A DNA stretch of 64,000 nucleotides from Marsupella aquatica (Eukaryota; Plantae; Marchantiophyta): NCBI GenBank assembly GCA_973895155.1, contig OZ316891.1:11223875-11287874 (forward strand), given 5' to 3'. This document shows positions 1 through 13,780 of this stretch, one piece after another. The notes under the pieces were generated by a model that was not told where the DNA came from, made no database searches, and worked only from the letters and a program-made list of their open reading frames with translations. How positions within the stretch are numbered: the stretch's first letter is position 1; every line of letters begins with the position of its first letter. A program made the position numbers and the translations under genes.

Positions 1-781
1 CTAACACCTTGTAAGTACTTTGTCACAAAACTGAGTTGCTGGGAGTCTTAGCATTGCTATCTATCTAACACCTTTAAAGTGGACTTTTAACTAAGTTAGT
101 ACTTTGTCACTAGAGTTGTTGGGAATTACAATATTGCTACAATTTTAGTAATACTACCAGAATTTTATATTGTGGATGCAATACAAAACAGTAAACAAGG
201 CTAAGTAGGTGAAAAAGAAGTTCACCTGGGAGTTCACAAAGGTAATCATATGCAGAAACCATGGGAGCATTCTAGCTACTAAAAACAGGTGGCAGCATTA
301 GAATGTAGTGGCAATGTACTTAAAAATTGATCTATCTCATTGTTTTTTCATGGTCTGTTTACTACATGTCAATCTGGCACTAAGCCGCCCTAATTGTTTG
401 ATTATGGTTGCATTTTTTCTTAACCATGAGATTGATGAGCCTAAAGGTGCCCTTCTGCACCCTCATTTGCACCCAAACCCTCATTCTCTTGGCAGCTTAC
501 ACACTCCTTCACACTTAATTTCAAGACTGACTACTCAACTTCCTGTAACTTTGGATTGCCTAAAGTATTGCTTTGATATTGCTTTAATATGCTCAATACC
601 ACTTCTACTCAACATCACTTACTCTCAACATAAATGTCCAAAGCAGGGCATTGTGCTAGGTGTCACTGGTAAGTGAATGATGTTGAGTGGACCAACATGT
701 TGTGAAGCACAAGATGTCTAGGTTGGATGCTATGGGGAGTTGGCAACTTGGCCTGACAATGGATCTCAAGGAGTGTGCCAG

Positions 782-971
782 CTAGTACCCTAGCTCCCAC
801 AATGATCATAATTTTGACTTGCCTTGCAAATGTTTTTGATGAGTATATACTAGCCCCCCAAACAGTTTGGTGTCGACTCTAGTACCCTAGCTCCCACATT
901 CAATGATCATAATTTTGACTTGCCTTGCAAATGTTTTTGATGAGTATATAGCCCCCCAAACAGTTTGGTGA
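782..971. repeat. ~95-bp direct tandem duplication (2 copies)
   Basis: ctagtaccctagctcccac...caatgatcataattttgacttgccttgcaaatg...aaacagtttggtg occurs at ~782 and ~879. Confidence 0.85.
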
Positions 972-1226
972 CCTCAAACCACTGACAACTCTAGGTATTT
1001 AAGGCCCTCTTGGACTGCACTGGCAAAATTACTTGGAGAGCGCGCATATATGGAGCCAACTTAAGGACTGGGAACTGGAGTAACCAACAAACAGGTGAAC
1101 GATCATTTGGTTTATTTTGAATAGTATTAATGCATTTTGAAACAAAAAAACAGAGTTGCACCATAGATTGCATTGGCACTTAGATGGGTAAGATTTTTAG
1201 ATGTGATAAACTAGCAATGGACGCCT

Positions 1227-2205
1227 AAGATGTCGAGGAGAGGCAAAGATGTCCAAGCAAGGGCAAGATGTCAAGGGGAGGGAAATATGTCAAGGAGAGG
1301 CAAAAATGTTTAGATGAGGGCAAGATGTCAAGGCAAGGGCCAGATGTCGAGGAAAGGCAAAGATGTTAAGGGGAGGGCAAGGTGTCAAGGAAAGACAAAG
1401 ATGTCGAGGAGAAGATAAGATGTCGAGGAGATGCAAAGATGTTGAGGCGAGGGAAAGATGCCAAGGAAAGGCATAGATGTCCAGGCGAGGGCAAGATGTC
1501 GAGGGGAGGGAAAGATGTCAAGGAGAGGCAAAAATATTTAGATGAGGGCAAGATGTCAAGGCAAGGGCCAGATGTCGAGGAGAGGCAAAGATGTTGAGGC
1601 GAGGGCAAGATGTCAAGGAGAGACAAACTAAGATGTCGAGGAGAGGGTAAGATGTTGAGGGGATGCAAAGATGTTGAGGCGAGGGCAAGATGCCGAGGAG
1701 ATGCAAAGATGTTGAGGCAAGGGCAAGATGTCGAGGGGAGGGAAAGAGGTCACTTGAGGTCAAACCAAGGTCACAGGAAGGCAAAAGACAAATAATTACG
1801 GACAAAGGCAATGTTTATAAATAAATTAAAGGAAATAAAAGCAAAAAGACAGACACAAAATTAAGGCAAAGGGGGAGAAATCCGACATACCAAAAGGGAG
1901 TTAAAGGAGATGGTATCCAGAGCTATTAATGGAGGTTTGCAGATCAAGGGTCAACAAAAAACTTCTTTTCCATCCAATGGTTGAGGTTGAATCCGGCCCA
2001 ATCTTGCAATTGTAAGCAGATGATGCCCATAAATGGATGGGGTCCCGTATTGTGAGGTAGCCCCATGCCCAGAAGAATTTGAGGCGAGGCAAGGATGTCA
2101 AGGCAAAGGAAAGATGTCAAGGCAAGGCAACAATGTCGAAACGAGTGAAAATGTCAAGGTGAAAGCAAGACAAAGATGTTGAGGCAAGACAACAATGTCG
2201 AGGAG
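1227..2205. repeat. Purine-rich ~18-bp minisatellite (consensus ~GAGGGCAAGATGTCGAGG), interrupted by ~340 bp at ~1746-2080
   Basis: Dozens of aagatgtc/aagatgtt cores at ~18-bp spacing at 1227-1745 and again at 2083-2205. Confidence 0.9.
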
Positions 2206-5200
2206 GGAAACACTTTTTGTTTTAATGTACAATTTTTCAAGCTTTTGATAAATAAGTGTTTTTATGCACAAAAAACTATAAGTTTTCCATCATGGAAACG
2301 CTCTCGGGCTGGCACAAATATTATCCCCTTTAATATCCTTTTCTTGCTTTGTAGTTTTTCCATATATGTCCTCTACTTTATCTTACTTCTTCTTTTCCCT
2401 TTATCTTAGTAAACCAACCTTCTCACTCGCTCCTTGTGACTGGCTTTTCCCCTTTATCTGCGGTATTCATGATACCCTGGGAGAATAATACATAATCATC
2501 CTCTATGCAAAATCCAAAAGTTTGACATGCCCCAAAATTTTCCCCTTTATCTTCGGTATTCATGTTACCCTGGGAGGTTGGGAGAGTAATACATAATCAT
2601 ACTCTAATTATGCAAAATACAAAAAGTTTGACATGCCCCAAAAGTTTCTGGCTGGGATGTGTGTAATTTAATAAAAGAGAAAGATACATTTTAGATGATG
2701 TCACATAAGAATGTACATAAGAATTATCCCATGTAGTATGTATTCTACTATAAAGAGAAGTATATCAGTTGACACTCCTAGTCAATCAATCCAAGAGTAA
2801 ACAAAAAACTTAAAAATAATCTGACCGCTTAAGTTGATTCCCTCCATTTTCAAGTTTGTAATCAGACGAAATACTTTTTGGTGGCATTGCATATTATAGA
2901 TGTAGATATAGTTTGATAGTTTAAGTAGGTCATGGATTGGGAAAAGAACATACATAAGTTATGGGACAGATCAGTGGCATCTATGTGAGACTGTTCTGAC
3001 TTGATCTTTTGGTTGTTAGTCATCCCTGGCTAGTCCTGCTCTGGCTGACTAATTATCTGTATCCAAGTAGTTGGGTTACCAGCAGCAGGACTCTGAGTAA
3101 TATCTACTGAAGATGTGGTGCTCAATCAGAATTTTGGTATCAGATGTGAGTCCCTGGTATAAGTATCAGATTTTGGTACTGATATACTCAGATTTTGGTA
3201 TAATTGATTAGTATCAGTTGTCCTTGTGAGAAGTATATATATACAATGCTTTCCAAAAAGAGCACTCCAAAGTGTGTGCATGTGGAAGAGTTGTGTGATT
3301 GAGTGTGGGAATCGAGGTGCTATTATATGATGCCGGACATCTTCTATAACTATAGAAATGTAATACAGAGCTACTCTCAGGGCCTATTGTCTAGAGTGAG
3401 CCTCTACACTTGTTACTTTGGGGGGATAAGTATGAGTGGGTGTGGAGGAATTTGGGGGTTTTACTTTTTTTGGGGGAAAAAATCACATATTAAGGGCAAT
3501 TTCATGAAGAACTCCCTGAGTAGTTTGCACCAGCCTTGATCTACAGGTCACAAATGAGTCTAAACTGTAAGTAGTGCTATCCAAGCAGATCTTGATGTTC
3601 TGAGTCAGTCTATCCCAGCTTTGGAAATCCATGGGCCGGGGCTTCACAGAAAACCGCTCGGTCAATCCACTTTTTAAATATACACTTTTTAACCCCAAAA
3701 GGTACACTATAGTACAATACTCTACACCTACTGTAAATGGTCAATTGTAAACTTGAGAGCACAAAAATGATCTTTACTAGAACTCAAGGAGTCTCATCCT
3801 AGTTCCTTTACAAAAGATGAACATGGTGGTACATCTGACGGCCAACATCTTTATGTTTTCTCCAATTGTACAGTTTTTGAAAGCCAAAGCCAAATGTACA
3901 CTTTCTATTGCCCAAATATTCATAAATTGAATAATATAGTTTCTGAGAGTATCCACACTAGCTACTCAGTGGAATTAGCTTAGATAAGGTATTCAAGGCC
4001 TTTCTTCTTCATTTTCCAACATTGGCCTATGAAAGTGCCAATGAGAGGAAGATGATAGGAACCTCGAGGGCCTCAATCCAAATTGGTGTCCCATATCACG
4101 CTCGAAGTTTTGGAGTAATAAACACTCTAAAAGTTAAGTCAACAAAGGTTTTTTTAGGAGTTTTTTACCCCTAACTTAATGGAATATTCCAAGAATATTT
4201 CCAAATTAGATTAAAATTCTCAAAATTGGATTAAAATAACTCTAATGTTCTTCAACAAAAATTTAAAAGTATTTCACTAAACCTAATAAAAAAATCGCAT
4301 ATTTATTCGCGCATGATGGGTCGAAAGAAAAGAAGTGAAGACCCCGGAATAGGAACTTATCTCAGTGGAAAGTTTTGAGACATATGTTTGTTGTGGTCTT
4401 GATCTGCTAATCCATTATGGAATGAGGTTGCTCTACCTCACACTCTCATATATGTTTGGGCAAACATCCAATCAAGTCCGTTGGAGTACACAAAGTCTGT
4501 GGCGAGGTATTTAGAATTAATGGTAATTGATGGGAACATTTGGCGTACTAGCTATGCCCCTTGGATGCCTTGGAGTGCATTCAATGTTCCTCAGACCATG
4601 TTTGATCAATTGCATTACACGGGAGAAAGGACCGAAATTGTATTAAGAACCAAAGACAAACTGTTCACCTGCACCTCTGATGCACCTGACAAATTGTAGA
4701 TATATGACTATACTCTACTTGAAGCCTCTAGACTGTGACTAGGGCCCCACTGAAAGTTTTTTGAATGGAAAGAAACATAGGTATTATGTGTGTCTATGAT
4801 AATTTTTGCTATCAGTTCTATTAGTATTCAAAGAATGTGTATTCAGGCTCGTTTAGATAGAGACTATATTGTAGAGGGTTCCATTCCTTATCATGGAAAG
4901 CCTGAAGAACTGAGTGTAGATCGAGTACGATTGAAGGCAGGCAGGTGTTGAGTGGGGTCGGTTGAAGGAATGTCGACAATTCTAAAAGCAAGCCAGGTCA
5001 GAACCATGAACGACATGAACGAATGTGGATGGAATGAACGAGTTTGTTGTGATGAATGGCCCAGACGACAGAAACAATAAAGAACGTTTGCTCCATATGG
5101 AGCGGAATTAAGAATGATATGAATCTACTAGAAGGGAATGATGCGACTGTCAGGGATTCTGCATGGGTATTCAATGTGACCTTCGTTGGTTGCCAAGGCC

Positions 5201-6453
5201 CATATATCCGATAACTGCATGCTGCGTCAGCTTCGTGGTCTTACTACTGATCTAAGGGCCAGAATCGTATCGTAATGATTTATAGCATGTCAGTGCTGTC
5301 GATTCCATTTACCTAATAGTCATTGTCTGCTTCTACGTCAACGATTGCGGCCGAGAAATTCAATCGCAGTATCAGAACGAACTCATGGCCATCTCCTAAC
5401 TCATCTGTCATAGCCAGCTCCGGAATTTGTTCCACCATAACTTTCTGCCAGTTCAGGGTAAATTTGGTCTGTCAAAGATGTTACAACTAAATTAAAAGCT
5501 AGACGGAGAATAAATAACCGGTTCCATTCATCACATTTACTGTACTATTTTCTGTTGGGTGACTCGAGATCCATGTGTTTTTGGGGACTATCTCATTGGT
5601 CGATCATCGGTCGGTGTTGGAGACAAAATGTCATTCTGACAGTACGAGTCCGGCGTGGTTTAATTTTCATGTGCTTATGTGCACATTTATGTTCATATAT
5701 TATATATTCACCATAATGTTCCAATATATCAAAACGTTAGCACAAGTGTTCCTGGTTTCGTAACCTTTGTTGTGGTATAATCACAGATACGCTAATTTGA
5801 GCTTTCAGCGGTAGCGGAGGACTTACAAACGGGCTTATGTACAATGTCGCCTGGGCCAACCTGAGGCCAAGGCTATACTCCCACTTGATGCAGAAATATA
5901 AATGTTCAGGTACTCAATCACCGTTTGGATTACTGGCCTGAGTCAGTGCAAGGAGCTAGCTCGAGGCGATCACGTACTGGAGTGACCTAAATTTCAAAAC
6001 TGCTGTGGCCTTCCCTTAGTTATGATCCCACAGACTCAAAGTTGGGTGATTGTTGCAATTTCTGAACAAATTATGAGAATATGTAGAACTGTGGCGTTGC
6101 AAACGCAACTGTCTTGGCTTACACAGGTGGTCAGGTTCCAGCCTTGATACCTATCGCTCGGTGTTTCATAATCGGATTCAGTCGCCATTAATGTGAAATG
6201 CTATTCCAGGAAAAAATAAGGAAAGAAAAATTCAATGCAAATGTGCACTTCAGATTGAGCTCTATGCCAGAAACGTTTAGGCTACTGAACTCGGCCAGCA
6301 CTGTCGTGTCTTTGTTTTGAGATATACGGTCAACAGGAAAGCACAGTCGTCGTTGAGGGCCAAGCGCTTAGAGTTGATCCTATATCAGGATAAGTACAAA
6401 TTTGGAACTGGTCTAAAGAAAATAGGACAGTAGACAAAGTCAAGATCGCCCAA

Positions 6454-7994
6454 TGAAGCCACAGAGATCACTGGGCAGGGAGTTTCGTGTTTAGTGGAAG
6501 ACATGAAAGGGAAATTGGTGGCATGCGTAAAGTGAACAAATAGTTGACTTCAACAGTCTACAAGTCTTCTCCGTCGTAGCCTGGAGGTTATGTACGTAGT
6601 GGGAACATATACGAGAAATTCTAAACTTGTTAAATTGAATTTCAACTTTCTGGACTTGCCCCAAAGTCATTGTTCAATTTAACAAGTTTAGAAAGTTTAG
6701 AAAGTACTTTGGGGCAAGTCCAGAAAGTTGAAATATAGTGGGAACAAGCAATTTTGTGGCCACAGCATGATTACCTTTGCTTCGATACATGGAGGTTAGA
6801 GCATATTGTGCAAGAGGAGCGCCGAGTAAAGGATGTCTCATTTTCTGGCTGTTTCTTGACATTTGGATGATTTTTCAAGACCATAGTTTGCACGAACAAG
6901 GAGCCTTAAGGTGTTTCCCAGTTCCCAGCCGTATCGATCTCGACTTTTGGTTGATTCCTCCACGTCGCCACATTTGGAAAGTGTTGATACTAAATTGATT
7001 CCTAATTTTCCATTTTCTAGTCGGTCTTGATCTCAGCCTTAAAATTTGGGTGGGTGATTGCTTGCATGCCTCTCCAAGAAAAACCTCAGAAATCTTGCGC
7101 TCTTGGAACATTCGGTCATTGTTCCAGATGCTGCGCTGATCGATCAGGCCTAGAGCACGGTCATTGTTCCAGATGCTGCGCTGATCGATCAGGCCTAGAG
7201 CACGGTCCCGAGCTTTAACTTTAAGGATAGAATCTGCACCGTACGTGTAAACTGAGCAGGAGACATTCATTGTCAATGGAAGGACCACGGACATGCTGGA
7301 TACATGTTACACTCAAAATTAAACATGCATGCAAAAAGTAACGTTAAATGCATAAAAAATTCAGATCAATGATTACGCACCTCTGCAACTACGGTACGTA
7401 CGTGAGTCAGATCAGAATTCCGCTTTATTATGGAGTCAGATCAAATTCTGCTTTATGTTGATTGCTCAATGTACGAAACTCGCGGTCCCTGAAGTCGTAC
7501 AGTAGCTGATCAATGTTTTGGGTTTAGGGTTTATTACCGGTGCCCTTGAGACAAGTTCTGTCATAAGTAGTTTCCATGATCTACAGTACTGCTGTGTCGC
7601 TTTACTATAACCAAATTTCAACTTTCTGGACTTGCCCCAAAGTACTTGGAGGAATTAAGTCCAGGATGTTGTGCAAGGACTGCCCCAACAGATTTGGGGA
7701 AACACCGTGAAATCCACGTCGCTCATCGTACTACTACCGTAGTGACGTACCGTTTGGGCTGAAGCCCAGAGTACAATTTGCTTTAGACAACTTCAGAATT
7801 CTCGTATTAGCTCCTATAACAGTACTAATTAAGTTAGTCTTAATAACCTCCGAGGCTATAATTAACGGAGAAGAATTCTAAACTGATGAAGTCAACCATT
7901 TGTTCACTTTAGGCACGCCACGAATTTCCCTTTGGTATCTTCCACTAACTAGGGACGACACGAAACTCCCTGCTAAGTGGCCTCTCTGGCATCA
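6454..7994. repeat. Nested inverted-repeat (fold-back) structure, possibly a non-autonomous TIR element
   Basis: Outer arms ~6454-6625 and ~7783-7994 are imperfect reverse complements. The inner ~33-bp aagtactttggggcaagtccagaaagttgaaat (~6702-6734) is the reverse complement of ~7616-7648 and of a partial copy at ~6639-6667. Confidence 0.7.
7113..7207. repeat. 45-bp tandem duplication
   Basis: cggtcattgttccagatgctgcgctgatcgatcaggcctagagca repeated twice. Confidence 0.9.
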
Positions 7995-10900
7995 CAATTT
8001 CCCTCGACCAAAATCAGTAAATTAAGTAATCAGGATGAGTTGATTTGATGCCACCCATAGGAACACAATGAGTTGATTTGAGGCCATCCACTCGAGCGGA
8101 ATTGGTTGATGTGACGTCGTCCAGCCAATTGATGTGTATTCGCTTTTTGTCGCCCAGCCAATTGAACAATGGTAATTATGTAGGTCTGCAGTGTGCCTAT
8201 CCGAGACATCATTCTACACTTGAGATCGATGATTCAAGCTGGCCAGTTTCCAATCATCCTACTGTAGAGATCGTTCTGCTGGGGAGCTATAAGTTTTATG
8301 CATTGGCCCTGAGTTTAAAAATAAACAAGCTCTGGTGTACTTGGGTCCGATTCCATTGCAGTATTTACGACCTGTTGTACTAGCTGGTACACAGCATAGA
8401 CGGATCGGGGAAAATATTGCAAGTATACAACGCCCAGCTGAAGGTTAACGCCACCTATGAGGACAGTCGCTGACGAACTGTGTCTGGTGTGTACAATTAC
8501 AGATTTGTAAGTACTCTTCGTCGTACGCGAAAGTTCTTGGGCGACAAATCATCTTGAGTATGTATCGCCAACCTGAATTGTAACCCATTTGCAGCTGGGT
8601 TTGAGAAATGCACAACCGTTCGACATTGAAAAGAAATGAAGAAGACTATATGAAGCTAAACTGCAGAATACCTTAAGTTAGATCGACTCAGAAGGCCTTT
8701 GAACCTAAGTGATGGGAATCGTCATCCGAGCGACACGCTCAAAATAAAATAATATTTCCACTAGTCGGTGCCAGCAGGCAGGCACGCGGTAAGTGGATCA
8801 GCTTCAAAAGCTGCTGATCGAGGTCGTCCTGTACAAGGCAACGGTCGCAGATTAATTATACGTGAGTCCCCTTGCATGTCAATCAGGTCTAGCTCGTACT
8901 TCGTCAAGGTCACTGCAACAATCATACAATAAATGTTCTGACAAAGTCATTTCCATGCCATAAGGAGCGCATGTCGCCAAACCAGGGATGTTGAGTGATC
9001 TGTCGACTTCCTCGAGCATACGAAGAGTAGAAAGTATGAACTGGCGGTGTTTGGTATCCTAAAAGTCCTTCTGCAGTCCAATGAACAGGCTCTGATAATT
9101 CGGTCCGACCCCATCTCACAGGCAAGCATTTAATGCTGAATTCACTTGCAAGGATCAAGGACGGATCGATGCTAAATTGCCAATATACGTACCTGGTTCT
9201 GATCACTGTCGTTCAGAACTCGCTCGAACATGAATTGGAGATAGTCATCATTCTAATCTACGCCAAGAGTTATTGTAATTCGAAATTTGATGTCCAGAAT
9301 TGATGGAGCCATCTCGCAGACAGCTTGAATTTTCTACCCAGCAGTATCATTCAACTGGATTCTGACCAGTCAATTTTGTCAGCTAGATACATGCGTGATG
9401 ATACGGTGGATATTGTTTTCTGCCGATCAGCATTGCATGGCGCGGTACTAGCTCTGCACTGAAAGTACAGCCTCTAGCCTCATGGCATCGAGCTTACTGT
9501 GGCATTTCCGATCGTGTGATTACTGTAGAACCTTGAGCAGATTTCTTCTACTTTTCCTTTTGGCACCCACCTGGTGTTACAAACAATTAACAACAGAAAC
9601 AGTTTCGAGTGGGAGAGTTCACCGTGGCCTTATGCATGCAGACATCCCATGGACGTGCACTGATGCCCGTCGTTTTATATTGTTTCCTTCTTAGGACAGA
9701 CTTTGTATATGATAGAAAGAATCCACTACCGTAGGCCGTCACGAGAGGTACATGGGAGCCACACGGTTTCTGAGTCGAGACTCGAGCGTGTGGAGCATGT
9801 AGCATGGACTTCATGGTAGCTCTCAGGGTAGATGGTCATCAACCTACTTGCGATTGACCCACAGTGACAGCTGCATGGATCCAGGATATGATCTGATTTG
9901 TAGAATAACTTTTAGAGTGCGCCCGAAATTTATCAGCTTAAAACATTTAGACATCGATCCAGCTGACAGAAACAAATATCTCCTGCAGCAGAGTCACTCC
10001 TTTTGAGTTTCGTAGTACTGGGCTAGCTCTGCATATTCGACTTTTGACATTCCACATTTGTAGTGGAATGTTTTGCGTCGAACTTCTTTGTTTCTTTTCT
10101 CCATCTCCAGCTGCAGATCCAGGTCTCCGAGTCAGATACCACTGACATGATCTACATTCACATTACAGTAAATGGAGATCGATAATTATACATATCTATA
10201 TGTGCGTGGAGGCCGTGAGAGCCATATCTGTTTGCGCATATTTGAATGAATAGGGAACTCCAAATCAAAACGGAATCCGAACAAGGTTCAAATTAGATCA
10301 GATGTTTCAGGAGTCGGAGTGATCGAGCGATTCTTCAAGGGCCCCCGTTGGCACATTAAGCATTCAACGTCGAGGTCATTCAGGAGCAGGCCTTGCTTGT
10401 TGGGTAGACATATAGGAAACGAGATCATGTGAAAACCTCTCAAGAGCGACCGGGCAGGAAGTATTGACTGAGCGAGCTGGTGGCATCTGCTCACCTACAG
10501 CAACTGAGGAGCAAACTTGGAAAAGAATCAAGCTCTTTTGACCGAGGTCGGTGTGGCTTTGTAGCCTGGCTTTCCAGAAGTCAAGAGTAGGGATCGAGAC
10601 ACCAACCAAGAAAGTTTTTAATCGGTGAGCCGGGTCCCGTCTCCGACATTGCGCCCTCGATCAATTCTGGAACCTTGCGATGCCCTTCGGCTTCCGTAGC
10701 TATGCTCGACCAGCTCCAGATTAGCAGACAATCGCTGCAAAGTCTCTGCCAAGCTCAGGAGAACGCACGTACAGACCTGTCTCTTATCTACTGTAAGTTG
10801 TAGTTTTCTGTACCTCAGCTAGCTTGCTCTGATAGAAACGAGACTTCTGGCTCGGCTGATTTGGATTAGAAAGTCCCTCTGGTTTTTGGTTTGAACCTAG

Positions 10901-11869
10901 ATCGAAGCACGCCCAGACTCACATGAATCTCTAGCATCTAATGAGAAGGTTTTGTCCAGAGTTCTCGCTAGCTGCTTACTAGACTTGCTCCCTACCACGG
11001 TTGAACTAGCTGATCATCAGAATATAATAGGTTAGATACCGTGTCTGGTACAATGGTAGGCAGGCTAGAAGTATCACATCTGGGTACGTCTGGAAGGCAT
11101 ATATGATGCGTACACCACTTGTCAGAAAAATGTGTGACTGTCGTGACAGGTCACAGATGGGATCGAGATCTGTATCACTTTTGACTCTAGAAACTAAATG
11201 TATCCTTTCAGTGGACAGCAGCAGGGTGTGACTGCACCTACGTAGCAAAGTTTAGATAAGACGAGCAATCTCAGTGACTTTGGCGGGTTGATATTTCCAG
11301 TTGTTTGATAGTTCAGAGCCGGCGAGAAATGTCTTCTCCTATTTCTTAAGACCGGACTCCAATGCTCACCTACACAGTTAGTAGATAGTCCTCAAAGATT
11401 CATTATCACTTATCCCCCTTCGATGTACTGGACCCTCGTCCTTTTTCGGACCATTTCCTCCAGGCTATAATGCACTTATGAAGGTCCTAGCTTCCTTCTT
11501 ACCATCCTGTATTGAGATAACAGTTCCTACTACTCCTCCATGACTCAGTGCTGACATCTCCGTGATTGGAACTTGTTTTTGCAGTTCCCTGAAGTCTGTA
11601 CAACTCAGCAATCTAGCTTTCCTTTGCTACGCCTCCCTAACCGAGTTTCTACACTGTTACAGCTGGATTTAAACCTCAGTTTTAGCATTGTCACCTGCAG
11701 GCTACTCTGAAGCTGTCAGTTAGACCTTCCACATTTTTCTACAAGAATTTCAACAAAATTGTTAGCCACGTACCGCCAGCCTTGTAAATGCTAGTCTCGT
11801 CACCTAGCAGCTTTGCAAGAGATTTCATTCAAATCGGCTCGATCTAGTAGCTCATTCTACTATCTATCC

Positions 11870-12448
11870 ATGGAATATACCAAAGGTTCAAGTTATTTGC
11901 CAAGAACTACGCAGCTGCAGGAGGAGAGTCTGAAACTTCCCCTTCTAAGTGGCCCTTCAGGGAGGAGTCCCTCCAGAAGGTGTATACTGTCCGTCTCGAA
12001 AGTCCTTCCCAATTTGGTTGTAGCGCTACTACTGCTGCTCTCCATCGGTATGCTGATGTACAACTCCAACTGTTCATTTTCCATGCTGGTTTCGTTGGAC
12101 GACTCGTCGGACTCGGCCCCTCATTCCAGATCTGCTCATTACGAATCGATATCCAGTACTACAGCGGATGAAATGCGGCTCCATAGAAGGCTTCGAGGAA
12201 TCGCTCAATATTTGAGCATATCGCCAGCTGCTGCAGACCAAGTTCAGATCCAGTACGAAGTTTCCCCGCCAAATGCGCTCGAGCTTGTGCCGAAGGATTC
12301 AATACCGGACCAGGTGCTATCGTCAAAGCTATCAAGGGGCCTTGCACAAGCGGAGCAGATGGAAGGCGAGCCAAGATGGCCAAATTTAGGCTTCGAGAAG
12401 AAGATGCACCCAATGCCGAACGGCCCCGATCCTATTCACAATAGGTAG
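11870..12448 (+). CDS. CLE: CLE (CLAVATA3/ESR-related) peptide precursor, 192 aa, single exon
   Basis: First ATG at 11870; hydrophobic segment VLPNLVVALLLLLSIGMLMY; C-terminal dodecapeptide HPMPNGPDPIHN (12407-12442) fits the CLE consensus xxxPxGPxPxHN and is followed by R-stop. Confidence 0.85.
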   Translation: MEYTKGSSYLPRTTQLQEESLKLPLLSGPSGRSPSRRCILSVSKVLPNLVVALLLLLSIGMLMYNSNCSFSMLVSLDDSSDSAPHSRSAHYESISSTTADEMRLHRRLRGIAQYLSISPAAADQVQIQYEVSPPNALELVPKDSIPDQVLSSKLSRGLAQAEQMEGEPRWPNLGFEKKMHPMPNGPDPIHNR

Positions 12449-12586
12449 TACTAATCTCTCTCGAATTTGATAAATGTACTGAACTACAATACTGATGCAA
12501 AGAAACTTGAATTCATAAATATATAGCTAGTTAAGCTCGTACTCTTAAACTCGAGTCTTTCAGCTGCGTGAAGCATCTTAGTTAGC

Positions 12587-12590
<4 letters not shown>

Positions 12591-12621
<31 letters not shown>
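12591..12621. repeat. (TA)n microsatellite
   Basis: Perfect TA run. Confidence 0.95.
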
Positions 12622-12624
<3 letters not shown>

Positions 12625-12999
12625 GCACATGCGACCAGTCTGAGTTCCAGCATAATTTTAATCATAAGCATCTCAACCCTTTAATTGGTTATTCGCCGTG
12701 CTCTCTACTACCGCAGCTTGTCAAAATGACCTTCGATTAATCTTTGTGCAGATGGCCTCGGTTGCGTCTGACTTGCTTGTTGCCTCGCTGGTAACTTTAT
12801 TTTTCGTTTTTCCGCCAAATCTACAATCATCTCGGTACTTTCTATGCGTCTGTCTTCCTCGTTACCTCACTGGTCACAATGTTTGTTGCTTCCGCCAAAT
12901 CCACAATATGTCTAGCTCCACAAGGGTCCTTTCTATCCTTAGATGCGCCTTAATTGAGGAAGCGAATACCTCACAATACTAGTTCACAGACAAGGAACG

Positions 13000-13780
13000 G
13001 TATGTTTGACGGCGAGGGATAGTGTTCTTTGGAGGTTGTAAGTTGTCCAAGAAATTGTTGTAGGCCAGTGAATTGCAATTCCCTTCGACAGGAAATTTCA
13101 GAACGTGTAGTTTAGGGTAGTTGACGTATAGTTGGGCATGCCAATTGCCGGACGACCGTAGTCGAAGCCCAATCCCGTGAATTTTTGACGCAAATATAAT
13201 CGCAAGGACAGGAAGGGTATATGCCCAAAGATGAGGAAAATGTTGGGAAGTCTTCTGTAGGCCCTGCCCGGAAATTTCGTTCATAGATTGGGACTCTCTC
13301 CGGAGAAACTATCGAGAGCGGGGTCGAGAGAGAATAGGGCAGAGCTCAAAATGCACTCCACAGTCTGGAGGATCGAGGCAATCTCTGCTTAGCTTGACTC
13401 CAAAGTTAGAAATTCTGGATCATGATTCAAAGCAATTTAAAGCTCTCCCATGTCCGGAGTCGTCGAAAAGAAGGCCTTACGCAAAATTCGTGGAGGACCG
13501 GGCATTCATTGTGGAAAAACCCTCCATGGAGAGTACCTTACACACGACATTGTTCCAGAATAATCTAAAAGGATTTCAGTTCCATGAAAAGATCTTCCAC
13601 GAATTTTGGGCAATTCTCCGTAGAGAGCCCCCGAGAGAGCCATTCGATCTGTAGAGAGGTGCCTAGATTCTTTCAGGTACGGTAGGTCTTACACCATTCG
13701 AGCACTTTCAAATGTACAAGACTTGTCTACACTGTTAACCATTCTGCATCCAAAGCTTTCTCCATCCAACGCCTTCCACC
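13000..13780 (-). mobile_element. Degenerate 3' fragment of an L1-type LINE
   Basis: Minus-strand frames give broken motifs (LHGGFF, W-rich stretches) resembling the region C-terminal of plant L1 RT; many stops and frameshifts. Confidence 0.35.

Noticed and set aside
1366-1811. Repetitive K/R/D-rich or L/S/P-rich ORFs; superficial CRISPR-like periodicity
   Set aside because: Products of an 18-bp minisatellite; no unique spacers, no cas genes, eukaryotic context
4330-5100. Coding-looking stretch with ORF 4481-4699
   Set aside because: No recognisable motif and frames broken; cannot support a call
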